Shown here piece by piece: positions 10,052 to 19,587 of a stretch of 64,000 nucleotides of DNA. This stretch comes from Akkermansia muciniphila (GTDB taxonomy: Bacteria > Verrucomicrobiota > Verrucomicrobiia > Verrucomicrobiales > Akkermansiaceae). The stretch lies in NCBI GenBank assembly GCA_945888515.1, contig CAMDAD010000010.1:39608-103607 (forward strand). Reading direction: 5' to 3'. The position numbers and the translations under genes are program-made. The notes under the pieces were generated by a model. The model saw only the letters and a program-made list of their open reading frames with translations, did not search any database and had not been told where the DNA came from. Within the stretch, counting starts at the first letter, position 1. Each line of letters opens with the position of its first letter.

Positions 10052-11095
10052 TCATACGGATTGCAATCCCGCTTTTTCATCGAGACCAAAAATCAAATTG
10101 AATGCCTGCACGGCCTGTCCGCCGGCTCCTTTGATCACATTATCTTCCGCACTGGTAAGAATGAGACGATGGGTGCGCGTGTCGAGGTGCCAACCGATGT
10201 CGATGAAATTCGTCCGCGTGACATTTTTAGTGTCGGCACAAATGCCCGCGCCGAGAAGACGGACGAAGGGCTTTCCTGCATAGGCGGTTTCTAACGTCGT
10301 ACCGATCTGATCGAGAGTAACGCCTTCTCGTATGGAGGAGGTGATGCTGCTGTGGATGCCTGTATTGACCGGAACGATGTGCGGAATAAAAGTGATACGC
10401 ACCATCTCATCGGCAGCGAGTGACAACTCCTGCTCGATCTCCGCCAGATGTCTGTGCTTTGGCAGTCCGTAGGCTCGTAGGCTCTCATTACACTCGCAAA
10501 AAAGATAGGCTGTGTCCGCTTTTTTCCCCGCACCACTGACTCCACTCATAGAGTTCGCGATGATGCTGTGAGGATCGATGAGCTTCGCGCGGAGCAGCGG
10601 AATCAGCGGCAGTAGAATGCTCGTAGGGTAGCAACCGGGAGCGGCGATGAGCGAAGCGGTGGCGATTTCTTTTTCATACATTTCCGCTAGTCCATAGACG
10701 GAGCTTTTGAGCAACTCCGGCGAGGGGTGCGGGTGCTGATAGAATTCCTCATAAATCGCGGGATCGTGAATGCGGAAGTCCGCGCTTAGGTCAATCACTT
10801 TGATCCCCCTCGCAAGCAGTGCGGTGGCAATTCCGGCTGCGACGCCATGGGGCAGAGCGAGGAAAGCAATTTGCGCTCCGGTGGCGGCGATGGCATCGGC
10901 ATCGGGCTCTATGAACGCAAGTTCTGTCCCGGGCATACTGCGGTAGCGAGGGAATAGCGATGAGATGGTTTTGCCTGCTTCCTGCCGCGATGTGACGGCA
11001 CAAAGATCCACGTGAGGATGTTGTAAAAGCAAGCGCAACAACTCACTCCCTGTGTATCCGCTTGCTCCGACGATCGCTGTTTTGATGCGCTGCAT
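10052..11095 (-). CDS. argC: N-acetyl-gamma-glutamyl-phosphate reductase ArgC
   Basis: IVGASGYTGSELLRLLLQHP and the catalytic-Cys motif APGCYPTS. The track ORF starts at a TTG (11131). The ATG at 11095 gives the canonical MQRIKTAIVGASGYTG N terminus. Confidence 0.93.
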   Translation of the reverse strand: MQRIKTAIVGASGYTGSELLRLLLQHPHVDLCAVTSRQEAGKTISSLFPRYRSMPGTELAFIEPDADAIAATGAQIAFLALPHGVAAGIATALLARGIKVIDLSADFRIHDPAIYEEFYQHPHPSPELLKSSVYGLAEMYEKEIATASLIAAPGCYPTSILLPLIPLLRAKLIDPHSIIANSMSGVSGAGKKADTAYLFCECNESLRAYGLPKHRHLAEIEQELSLAADEMVRITFIPHIVPVNTGIHSSITSSIREGVTLDQIGTTLETAYAGKPFVRLLGAGICADTKNVTRTNFIDIGWHLDTRTHRLILTSAEDNVIKGAGGQAVQAFNLIFGLDEKAGLQSV

Positions 11096-11223
11096 GTCGC
11101 GCTTTTTGGCAGAAAACGGTATGGTTGCCAATGAGCAATTCTGCCATTGCTAGCGTATCATGGTTTCGTGGTGGCATTTGCTTTGTCCTTGTCGGTCGTG
11201 CGCTTTTTGGATAAACGTTTGTC

Positions 11224-12978
11224 GTGCCGTGGTCTGATACACAGGTAAATCTTGAGGATCGGGAAGCTTGGTCGCGGCGACTGGTGTGGGTGGCTTCGTG
11301 TTGCGGGATCTTCGCTTTAGCCACCTTAGTGTGGGAAATTGGTTGGCCAGTTTCTGCGTTGACTCTCACGCGCATTCGCGCAGTGACCTGGGGAATGGTG
11401 ATTATCGCGGCACTGGTGGAGTTAGCACTCAATCTGCTTGAGCGCAAAAAGGAGCATTTGCGGCGTGGAATGATATTGTTGGCACTGCCTGTTATCGCGG
11501 GGTTGCAGATGGTATTTGGGGAAAGGTTGTGGCCAGTTCTCGATGCCGTATTTCCTCGATCATCGGTGCCGTATGTGGCGATGGGAGTGGTGCAATTCAA
11601 TCTGATCTTGCCTACCGCTGTCCGAATGATCCGCTTGATGCGAGATCAGCGGTGGTTCAATCGCATGCCGCCAGGTTTGATCGGTGTGATGAGTTTTGCG
11701 CTCATGATCATGATAGGCACGGGACTGCTAATGACTCCGAACGCATCTCACCACGGACTGCGCGCAGTGGATGCTCTTTTCATGAGCACAAGTGCCGTGT
11801 GCGTTACCGGTTTATCGACCGTGAATGTGGAAACTCAGTTGACGTTCACGGGGCAGGCGATTCTGTTAGTCTTGATTCAAATCGGTGGATTAGGAGTCAT
11901 GACGCTCACCTATTTTCTGGCCTTGATCGCAGGGCAGGGGATCAATTTGCGCGACCGCGTGGCACTGCGCGATTTGCTCAGTGAGGACAATCTGGGGCGG
12001 GTCGGCAATTTCGTTTGGCACATTGTAGGCGCCACTTTGCTGATCGAAGTGATCGGAGTGTTGTGCTTGCATCATTTCTGGGAATCGAGTCACCAAAGCT
12101 CTGGTCGACTCTGGTGGGACTGTGTGTTTCATGGTATTTCGGCGTTTTGTAATGCGGGTTTTTCGACTTACGGCGATGGTTTGATGCATGCGTCGCTCAA
12201 AGACAATACCGCGGTGCACAGCGTGTTGATGCTGCTGATTGTGCTCGGTGGTTTTGGTTTTGCCTTACTGACAGAACTCTCTCGCTACACCACGGCATGG
12301 ATACGACTCAGGATGACAAAAGAAAGGCGACAACTGCCGCGCCTGAGTGTTCACTGTCGATTAGCGTCTGCTACGACACTATGGTTGCTGGCACTCGGTA
12401 TGCTGGGATACTGGTGTAGCGGCCTTGGCCCATGGGAGTCGCTTTTTAATTCAGTAAGCACCCGCACAGCGGGCTTCAACATTTCGTTATTTGGTGAACA
12501 CGGGACCTCTGCCTTGGTGATCTCATGTGTGCTGATGGCTATCGGTGGCAATCCCGGCGGGACGGCTGGAGGAATCAAGACGACCACCCTAGCGATCATT
12601 GTGTTGGAAATGAAACGCATTTTGATCGGACAGCGGGACCTACAGTTGTGGGATCGCAGAGCTTCGCGAGATGCGGTGGAACGTAGCCTAGCGACGTTGG
12701 CGCTCTGTTTGATCTGGATTGCTGCGGCCACCTATTTCGTCGGCATGTTCAACCCGCTTGCTTCCAGTGCCGATGTCGTATTCGAGTGCGTGAGTGCCTT
12801 TGGCACGGTGGGCTTGACCAGAGGGCTCACCGGAGTGCTGGCGGATCCCTCTAAGATTGTTATCACTTTGACCATGTTTGCCGGCCGTATCGGGATTCTG
12901 ACCTTTGCCATGAGTTTGATGGGTTCGAAGAAAACCTCCAAGATCCGCCTACCAGAAACACGCGTGCCGCTGGGCTAA
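11224..12978 (+). CDS. trkH: TrkH/KtrB-family potassium transporter with an N-terminal ~145-aa membrane extension
   Basis: Four pore-loop motifs: VTGLSTVN, NAGFSTYG, RTAGFNIS and TVGLTRG. GTG start. Hydrophobic N-terminal extension precedes the canonical core. Confidence 0.9.
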   Translation: MPWSDTQVNLEDREAWSRRLVWVASCCGIFALATLVWEIGWPVSALTLTRIRAVTWGMVIIAALVELALNLLERKKEHLRRGMILLALPVIAGLQMVFGERLWPVLDAVFPRSSVPYVAMGVVQFNLILPTAVRMIRLMRDQRWFNRMPPGLIGVMSFALMIMIGTGLLMTPNASHHGLRAVDALFMSTSAVCVTGLSTVNVETQLTFTGQAILLVLIQIGGLGVMTLTYFLALIAGQGINLRDRVALRDLLSEDNLGRVGNFVWHIVGATLLIEVIGVLCLHHFWESSHQSSGRLWWDCVFHGISAFCNAGFSTYGDGLMHASLKDNTAVHSVLMLLIVLGGFGFALLTELSRYTTAWIRLRMTKERRQLPRLSVHCRLASATTLWLLALGMLGYWCSGLGPWESLFNSVSTRTAGFNISLFGEHGTSALVISCVLMAIGGNPGGTAGGIKTTTLAIIVLEMKRILIGQRDLQLWDRRASRDAVERSLATLALCLIWIAAATYFVGMFNPLASSADVVFECVSAFGTVGLTRGLTGVLADPSKIVITLTMFAGRIGILTFAMSLMGSKKTSKIRLPETRVPLG

Positions 12979-13010
12979 CAGAAAAATCGATCACTTACCA
13001 TTATACGACC

Positions 13011-13685
13011 ATGAATTTTGTTATTTTAGGATTGGGTGCCTTCGGGACCAGCATCGCCCGCGAGTTGGCGCAGTCGGGCCATCAGGTGATGGTGATTGAC
13101 AATGAGGAAAGCCATCTTGATGCGGTCAAGGAAATGGTGACACTGGCGGTGCAGGGTGATGCAACGGATCGAGAAGTTCTGTTAGAGTTGGGTGTGGCCA
13201 CGGCTGATGCGGCGATTGTCGCGGTAGGTGAAAACTTCGAGGCTAGTCTGATGATGACCGCGCATTTGAAATCCATCGGCGTCAAGCGCATCTACACACG
13301 GGTGTTTCACGAAGTACAAGAGCATCTGCTCGACTTGATGGGTGTGAGCGGTAAAATTCGTGTCGAGGCATTGGCGGCGGAGATGTTTGCACGGCATTTG
13401 TCGAACCGTGCCTTTTTGCGTCATTTTGTGGTGGATTCCACGCATGCCGTCGTAGAACTGATGTGTCCAGCATTTCTGGTGGGCAGGACACTCAAAGAAT
13501 CCGAACTGCGCGGCAAGCACAGCCTCAACCTCGTGACAGTGCGCCGCGCGGATTCGCGAGACGTATTGCCCGATGACGTGCCCGTCATCGGCGGTCTGCC
13601 AGGCCCGGATTTTATCTTCCAAGAGGGTGACCGGTTGGTGGTCTATGGGCTGGAGCTTGATATCCAGAAATTTACTGATCACTGA
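13011..13685 (+). CDS. trkA: TrkA/KtrA-type potassium uptake regulatory (RCK/NAD-binding) protein
   Basis: Rossmann motif ILGLGAFGTSIARELAQSGHQVMVID. 224 aa, immediately downstream of trkH. Confidence 0.85.
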   Translation: MNFVILGLGAFGTSIARELAQSGHQVMVIDNEESHLDAVKEMVTLAVQGDATDREVLLELGVATADAAIVAVGENFEASLMMTAHLKSIGVKRIYTRVFHEVQEHLLDLMGVSGKIRVEALAAEMFARHLSNRAFLRHFVVDSTHAVVELMCPAFLVGRTLKESELRGKHSLNLVTVRRADSRDVLPDDVPVIGGLPGPDFIFQEGDRLVVYGLELDIQKFTDH

Positions 13686-13796
13686 GTGGCTCATGCGCTG
13701 GAGTGAAAAAAGGAACTAGGATGATGGAGCATCCGCGAAGAGTTACGGAACACAATTCAATGAGAAACGCGCAACATAAGCCGCGTATGACTGTAG

Positions 13797-14741
13797 ATGA
13801 TCCGTTTCCTTACGCTTTTCTTTTTATGCGATTTTTTCTTCGCTTTGTTGCATGCTGAGCAAACTGGCCCAGCACGGCGTGTGTTATGCGCGGATGATTC
13901 GAAAAAAATTCTTGCGATGGTCGACGCCAAGGGTTCGATCGAGTGGCAGTATCTCGTGGGTCCCATCCACGGGGCGCAAGTGCTTCCTAATGGGAACTTG
14001 CTATTTCAAGTCAACTGGACGCGGGTGATCGAGGTGAGGCCGGACGAAAGAAAACAGATCGTTTGGGAATACGATGCGCGAAAGCACGGCAAGAACCCGA
14101 AGCGTCCCGTGGAAATTCACGCGTTTCAGCGTTTGGAGAATGGCGACACGATGATTGCAGAGTCGGGCACTTGCCGGATTTTGGAAATTTCTCCCACAGG
14201 CGAAATCAATAAGGAAATACCGATGAAGGTCAGCACTCCTAGCGTGCATAGTGATACTCGGCAGGTGATCAAGCTTCCGAACGGTCACTACCTCGCGGCC
14301 CATGAGCGCGATGGCTGTGTGCGCGAGTATGATGAAAAAGGCGTCGTCGTTTGGGATTATGCCGTGCCCTTGTTTGATCGGAAGCCCGTCGGCGGTCACG
14401 GTGTAGATGCCTACGGAAATGCGGTTTTTGGTGTGCAGCGTCTCCCTAACGGAAATACTCTGATGGGCTGCGGAAACGGACATCGTGTGTTAGAGGTAAC
14501 TCCTGGCAAGGAAATCGTCTGGAAATTGGAAGCGGGTGATTTGCCTGGCATCGAACTGGCATGGATCTGCGGCGTGAAACGTTTGGCCAATGGCAATACG
14601 ATCTTTGTGAACTGCCACGCTGGTCAAAAGAATCCGCAAATGATCGAGGTGGATTCTCAGAAAAAAGTCGTATGGACGATGAAAGACTTCGTGCATTTCG
14701 GCAACTCGATGCCGGTGGGACTCGTGTTGGAGGAAAACTAA
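13797..14741 (+). CDS. secreted hypothetical protein, beta-propeller-like repeats
   Basis: Hydrophobic N terminus. Five spaced L-x-NG-x-x-L blade-like motifs: LPNGNLLFQ, LENGDTMIAE, LPNGHYLAAH, LPNGNTLMGC and LANGNTIFVNC. Confidence 0.7.
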   Translation: MIRFLTLFFLCDFFFALLHAEQTGPARRVLCADDSKKILAMVDAKGSIEWQYLVGPIHGAQVLPNGNLLFQVNWTRVIEVRPDERKQIVWEYDARKHGKNPKRPVEIHAFQRLENGDTMIAESGTCRILEISPTGEINKEIPMKVSTPSVHSDTRQVIKLPNGHYLAAHERDGCVREYDEKGVVVWDYAVPLFDRKPVGGHGVDAYGNAVFGVQRLPNGNTLMGCGNGHRVLEVTPGKEIVWKLEAGDLPGIELAWICGVKRLANGNTIFVNCHAGQKNPQMIEVDSQKKVVWTMKDFVHFGNSMPVGLVLEEN

Positions 14742-14826
14742 AAGTCAGCTCTTCATCGGATCACTGAAATCGCACACACTCCTCAGGCTTCGATCCGCTT
14801 CTTACGCATGATCCTTCTAGCATCGC

Positions 14827-15888
14827 TCATGGCATGGACTCCACGACTGTGATGTAGGTGTGGATGTGCTCTTTGTGGCTCTGGCGGATCGCAATGCGAA
14901 TGTTTTGCAGAGCTTCTCGGCGTTTTTGATCAGAGAGTGAACGACGGATTTCGTCAGCGCATTCTTCGATCGTGCGCGGCTTCGCGCTCTTTCGATCGAG
15001 CACCTCGGCTAAGTGCCAACCGAGCTTACTGCGGAAAACGGTTGCTTGATTTTTCTGCATAGCAAACAAAGGCTCGGTGACATCCGCAGGCAAACGATCT
15101 TTGCGAATCCAGCCAAGTTGTCCGCCTGCCGTTTTGCTTCGCTCGTCCTCGCTGCTTTCTTTTGCCAACTGCTCGAAGGTTTTTTCTTTTTTCTGATAGA
15201 CCGCCAGGGCCTGCTCGGCCAGTGCTTTCACCGCTTCGCTGTCTTTGTCGAGCGTCGCCCAGAACACATGCCGCACTTGAATCATTTCCGGAACGGTAAG
15301 TGCTGCTTGGTGTTTTTGATAGAAATCGCGGACCTCCTCGTCGCTCACTTCGAGAAGAGGTTGCAATTGGCGATCAAGATACTTTTCCATCTCGATGATC
15401 GCGGCGAGTCGCAAACGCAATTCTTCTTCTGTGGAAATTCCCTGCGCTTTCATCGATTGCTCCATGTCTTCGCGTGAGACAAAGCGTGCGAGCAATTGCT
15501 TGATCCGCTCGCTGATTTCCTCCTCACTGGCGCGGGCCGCATCTTTATTGGCAGCGATCTTCGAGCGAATCAACTGGTGATCCGTGAGTTCAACTAGCAC
15601 TGCCTTGCGCACCAAGGTCCGTTGCTCTGGCGTGGTATCCTGCCATGATTTTCCTTCTAACCAGAGACGTTCGCGCGCGGCACGATCAACCTGCGATGTC
15701 GTGATGGGACGCCCGAGAACCATCGCTGCGATTCCATTTTTTTTGGCTTCTTCAATGAACTCGGGGCTGTCGGATTTGCGTCGATTGATCGCCTTACGCA
15801 GTGGTCCAGCGAATCCATACAAGTCGAGCGCCACATAAAGAAGCACGCCACAATACACAAGTAGTCTTGCGGTGAAGGATATTTTCAT
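14827..15888 (-). CDS. SurA/PrsA-like peptidyl-prolyl isomerase (parvulin domain), membrane anchored
   Basis: N-terminal TM helix, long helical chaperone-like region, then a parvulin-type segment GGQLGWIRKDRLPADVTEPLFAM...GWHLAEV. Confidence 0.8.
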   Translation of the reverse strand: MKISFTARLLVYCGVLLYVALDLYGFAGPLRKAINRRKSDSPEFIEEAKKNGIAAMVLGRPITTSQVDRAARERLWLEGKSWQDTTPEQRTLVRKAVLVELTDHQLIRSKIAANKDAARASEEEISERIKQLLARFVSREDMEQSMKAQGISTEEELRLRLAAIIEMEKYLDRQLQPLLEVSDEEVRDFYQKHQAALTVPEMIQVRHVFWATLDKDSEAVKALAEQALAVYQKKEKTFEQLAKESSEDERSKTAGGQLGWIRKDRLPADVTEPLFAMQKNQATVFRSKLGWHLAEVLDRKSAKPRTIEECADEIRRSLSDQKRREALQNIRIAIRQSHKEHIHTYITVVESMP

Positions 15889-16628
15889 GGATGAGAGGAA
15901 CGGGTGAGATAGTTTAGTTGAGCGGGATCGGCTACCTTGTGGACAGAATCTGATACAACTACGCTAGCACCCATGGGGACATCATGGCGAATAAAAAACA
16001 TCGAACTGTGTATCGTATGTCGGGCTGAAAGATGTATTTCTTCTCCACCGGTGATGTCGAGTAGTTCCGCAACCCGTCCCACTACCACACCGCCGCCGGG
16101 GAGTATGGTAATGCGCCCCCGTGCTTGCGCGACGAGATGCGTTAAGGTGTCGAGCCCCTTCCACACATCGGCTTCGCCACCACTGGTGAGCACTCGCGGG
16201 ATGCCGAGAGAAATGAGCGTCTCAAGCGAGTGGCTGAGGTTTGGCGTGAGATCGAAGGCACGGTGAAAAGTCACATCCAGACCCGCGGCGATATCCCGTA
16301 ATAGTTGCGTGCGTTGCGTATCGATCTCACCCGATGCCAGCAAGCAGCCGAAGACCACGCCATCAGCACCGTTCTCCCGGGCGGCACTGATGTCAGCTTT
16401 CATTATGTCGATTTCTTCGTCTGAGTAAAGAAAGTCGCCGCATCTTGGTCGAATCATCATCATGATTTTTCCGGAAAAAGCCTTGCGTGCAGATTGTAAA
16501 AATCCGATCGATGGCGTCAGTCCTCCCTCACTCAGGGCCGCGCAAAGTTCGATGCGATCGACGCCATGTTTGGCACAGACAAGGACGGAGTCCAGTCGAT
16601 CCACACAGATTTCGATGATGGGTTTCAT
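15885..16628 (-). CDS. cutC: copper homeostasis protein CutC
   Basis: IEICVDRLDSVLVCAKHGVDRIELCAALSEGGLTPS is the typical CutC N terminus. 247 aa. Confidence 0.9.
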   Translation of the reverse strand: MKPIIEICVDRLDSVLVCAKHGVDRIELCAALSEGGLTPSIGFLQSARKAFSGKIMMMIRPRCGDFLYSDEEIDIMKADISAARENGADGVVFGCLLASGEIDTQRTQLLRDIAAGLDVTFHRAFDLTPNLSHSLETLISLGIPRVLTSGGEADVWKGLDTLTHLVAQARGRITILPGGGVVVGRVAELLDITGGEEIHLSARHTIHSSMFFIRHDVPMGASVVVSDSVHKVADPAQLNYLTRSSHP

Positions 16629-17836
16629 GCGGGATCAACGGTGAAGCGGTGAACGACTTTGTCATCCATCGTCGACATGGTGATAGTGAGATTTTTTTCA
16701 TTTGCCACAAAATGCGTTATGGTAGCGCGTTCCAGTTGCGGGCCACCGCCCACTAATTGTGCGATGGGCCGTTCAGGTGTTACGGGAAGATGCGCAGGTT
16801 GGTGAGTGTGTCCCGAGACCACGAGTTGGATGCCTGCTTTTTTGAGAATGTCTTGCCACGCATCACGACAGGGTTTGTGACAGTTGTAGTATTCCCGATT
16901 CGGATCATCTTGCGTCCACCAAAGAGGAATATGGCAAAATAGCAATTTGAAGGGAGCGCTGTGGAACCAAGGTTTCTCGACGACCGATGCGAGCCACTTG
17001 GTTTGCCGCGCGCGCATGGCATCGAAGTTGACCATCCCTTGGAATACGGGATGATGATCGGGCTTGTCCTCACCTGTATCCATCGTCAAGCAGGCGACAG
17101 GACCAGAGCGGAAGGCGTGGGTAAAATCAGCGCCAGGTGAGTGAGTGAATTTCTCGACCAATCGGGCAGCGGGTCCGCGAACATCGTGATTACCGCGCAG
17201 GTAGGCGAGGGGATAGGTTGTCGCGATGGGTAAGCCGGCGGGGCAGATGTATTGGTTCGCCATTTTTTCGGCAGCATAGACGTCATTCGTCTGATCGCCA
17301 TTCCAGAGTAAAAAATCTGGTTTGATCTTCCGTGTTTTTTCCTGCAGAGCTTCGAGTGTTTTCGCATTCTCATGCGTATCATTCCACATGATAAATTGCG
17401 TTGTTTTTTTCGATGGATCAAGACAGTTCACCATATACTCCTGCGATGTCACAAGCGGGCCGCGCTGGATTTTGTAGGCGCTTTGATAAGTGACAGAAAA
17501 CACGGTGACGCGATAACGGAGCTTAGCCCCCGAGGGGATCTGCGGCAGGAAAAACTTCAGTGTGTGCGTTTCATATGCGACCATCCCTTGGTGCTCGGGC
17601 AGAACTTTTTGCCATTCGCCGTCATTGACGGAAATTTCCGCGTATCCGCTGGCGGGGATGATTAGCGCCTGCAGAATGGCCAAGTTGGTAGGATCCGGTC
17701 CGGCAAGGAGAGGCTCGCCCTGGGCAACTGCACCTGTGAAGCGATCGCTGGGCGCTGCGGGAATCGCATTGCTGAGCGATGGATGGGCGAGTCCTCCAGC
17801 CAGAAGCGTACCTGTGAGAAAGTTGCGTCGTTTCAT
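16625..17836 (-). CDS. Tat-signal metallophosphoesterase (purple-acid-phosphatase-like)
   Basis: MKRRNFLTGTLLAGGLA. Metallophosphoesterase motifs WNDTHEN, NGDQTND, RGNHD and SGHTH. Confidence 0.85.
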   Translation of the reverse strand: MKRRNFLTGTLLAGGLAHPSLSNAIPAAPSDRFTGAVAQGEPLLAGPDPTNLAILQALIIPASGYAEISVNDGEWQKVLPEHQGMVAYETHTLKFFLPQIPSGAKLRYRVTVFSVTYQSAYKIQRGPLVTSQEYMVNCLDPSKKTTQFIMWNDTHENAKTLEALQEKTRKIKPDFLLWNGDQTNDVYAAEKMANQYICPAGLPIATTYPLAYLRGNHDVRGPAARLVEKFTHSPGADFTHAFRSGPVACLTMDTGEDKPDHHPVFQGMVNFDAMRARQTKWLASVVEKPWFHSAPFKLLFCHIPLWWTQDDPNREYYNCHKPCRDAWQDILKKAGIQLVVSGHTHQPAHLPVTPERPIAQLVGGGPQLERATITHFVANEKNLTITMSTMDDKVVHRFTVDPA

Positions 17837-17853
17837 TAGCTTGAATAGTGTTT

Positions 17854-18783
17854 TTATGATGATTTACGCACGAGATTGCGTTCGCCCAACACACTGAGGC
17901 CCTTCGGTATGATTTTTTGACGCAGCGCAAACTGACGAACGGCATGTCGCTGGATATGCAATGCCGCTTCTTCGACGTCATCAGTGAAAAAGATGAGATC
18001 TGGATCTTCGGGGCTGATCATACCCTCGTCGACCATTCGATAAATCATTTCCATCAGCGGCGCCCAATACTCCTTGCCCATCAATACGATAGGAAAGTTT
18101 CTGACTTTACCGGTCTGGATCAATGTCATGGTCTCAAACATTTCATCCAGCGTGCCTGCTCCACCGGGCATGACAACAAAGGCGTAGGAGTATTTTACCA
18201 GCACAGTTTTACGCGTGAAAAAGTAGCGCATGGTAACCTCGCGATCGACGTAGGGATTCCCGTGTTGTTCGAAGGGCAACTGGATATTCACGCCCACGCT
18301 GCGCCCACCGGCTTCGAAAGCGCCGCGATTTCCCGCTTCCATGATACCCGGTCCACCACCGGTCATCACGGTGAACCCCATCTTTGCCATTCGCGCGCCC
18401 ATGGCACGAGCCATTTCGTAATAGGTAGTTCCCTCAGGAGTCCGAGCGGAACCAAAAATGGTCACGCAGGGGCCTACGAAATGCAGGACTCGGAACGCGC
18501 GGATGAAATCGAGCGAGACTTTGAATAGTGTTCCTAAGTCCGAGACTCGCGAGCGGGGGCCGGAGAGAAACGACCGATCGGGTAGCTCCAACTCATAGCG
18601 CATTTGCTCATCAATCGCTTTTTGGTCCACCGCTAGATCGGGTGATACGTGGGGGCAGTCGGGACAATCTGGTGCACTCATCGGGAGTAGAATAGCAGCA
18701 ATGGAATCAAATACCAAATCGAAATGACAATGGAAGTGTCGCGCGACTTTCCCTATTGCTTTATCGAGTGCAAGGGGCGCCAT
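17854..18783 (-). CDS. LOG/TIGR00730-family Rossmann-fold nucleotide hydrolase
   Basis: VTIFGSAR, GGGPGIMEAGNRGA and PGGAGTLDE motifs. The track ORF begins at a TTG (18843). In-frame ATGs lie at 18783 and 18681, so the start is uncertain. Confidence 0.85.
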   Translation of the reverse strand: MAPLALDKAIGKVARHFHCHFDLVFDSIAAILLPMSAPDCPDCPHVSPDLAVDQKAIDEQMRYELELPDRSFLSGPRSRVSDLGTLFKVSLDFIRAFRVLHFVGPCVTIFGSARTPEGTTYYEMARAMGARMAKMGFTVMTGGGPGIMEAGNRGAFEAGGRSVGVNIQLPFEQHGNPYVDREVTMRYFFTRKTVLVKYSYAFVVMPGGAGTLDEMFETMTLIQTGKVRNFPIVLMGKEYWAPLMEMIYRMVDEGMISPEDPDLIFFTDDVEEAALHIQRHAVRQFALRQKIIPKGLSVLGERNLVRKSS

Positions 18784-18882
18784 GTCTTCGCATGCAAGCC
18801 AGGGAGCCTCATCGGATCCCAAAAAAGACAGAACTAGGCACAAAAGTGTTCATACTTGGTGCCTACACCCCGTCATTCCTCG

Positions 18883-18919
18883 AAAAGGAAAAAGCCGCTA
18901 ACCCTTGAAGGTTAACGGC
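18883..18919 (-). terminator. Rho-independent terminator downstream of tRNA-fMet (hairpin also readable on the + strand)
   Basis: 10-bp stem 18894-18903 / 18910-18919 (GCCGTTAACC..GGTTAGCGGC on the minus strand, one G-U pair) with a 6-nt loop. It is followed on the minus strand by TTTTTCCTTTT. Confidence 0.55.
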
Positions 18920-18925
18920 TTTTAT

Positions 18926-19002
<77 letters not shown>

Positions 19003-19033
19003 ATTGGTAGTGCGCCTTGCGGCGCGGGGGCGA

Positions 19034-19062
19034 ACGCTAACCCTCTCCTTATGACTTGGCAA
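19034..19062 (-). promoter_or_regulatory. putative sigma-70 promoter of tRNA-fMet
   Basis: Minus strand reads TTGCCA-N17-TAGCGT. The same CTTGCCA -35 element precedes tRNA-Leu. The ~25-nt leader contains a GCGCC-GCAA-GGCGC hairpin (19012-19025). Confidence 0.3.
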
Positions 19063-19142
19063 GATCTTTTTGTGATTTTTTGATGGGCGCGCATTGAGCC
19101 AAATAAAGCTGACCTGAGTGGCCATAAGCCGAAAAAATTTTC

Positions 19143-19325
19143 ATGGCAGAAAATACAGCGTCAAAGACACCACAAAACCCACTCGCCAAAGTTTTCTTTG
19201 CTCCCCTCGAGTTAGCCTACTTCAACAGCCTCAAGCCGCACGGCTGCCCCGTCATCAGCGAAATGCGACTACCCGCCCACCTCATCGCCCGCCTAATCCA
19301 AATGGGGAGAATGAAATCGACTTAA
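19143..19325 (+). CDS. possible small ORF (60 aa) in a long intergenic gap
   Basis: ATG-initiated. The central part has C-rich third codon positions and a non-repetitive sequence (KVFFAPLELAYFNSLKPHGCPVISEMRLPAHLIARL). I see no recognisable family and no clear RBS. Confidence 0.2.
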   Translation: MAENTASKTPQNPLAKVFFAPLELAYFNSLKPHGCPVISEMRLPAHLIARLIQMGRMKST

Positions 19326-19587
19326 CTTTCTACCATCATCAATTTTTATCGAAACTGTCTCCGAAAATCCGCTCCGTGCATTCCGATCGCGGATCGACGA
19401 GCTCTTGAATACAGTTTTTCGCCTGCGCTACGTGCTTGGTGTTGCGCTCATGGGCGGCAGGGATTCCTGTGATGTTCGAGAATAGTCTCGGCGGACGATA
19501 CCGATATTTTTTCAATACTTGAGCGTGAGATGATGCTCGCGACAGAGAAATTTTATTTTTGCCATATTATGTATTTACAAATACGAT

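Noticed and set aside
19118-19408. 96-aa ORF in the tRNA-fMet / pseudopilin intergenic gap
   Set aside because: The translation is Pro/Arg/Ser-rich and implausible. It overlaps the more protein-like 60-aa frame at 19143-19325, which is itself only a weak candidate.
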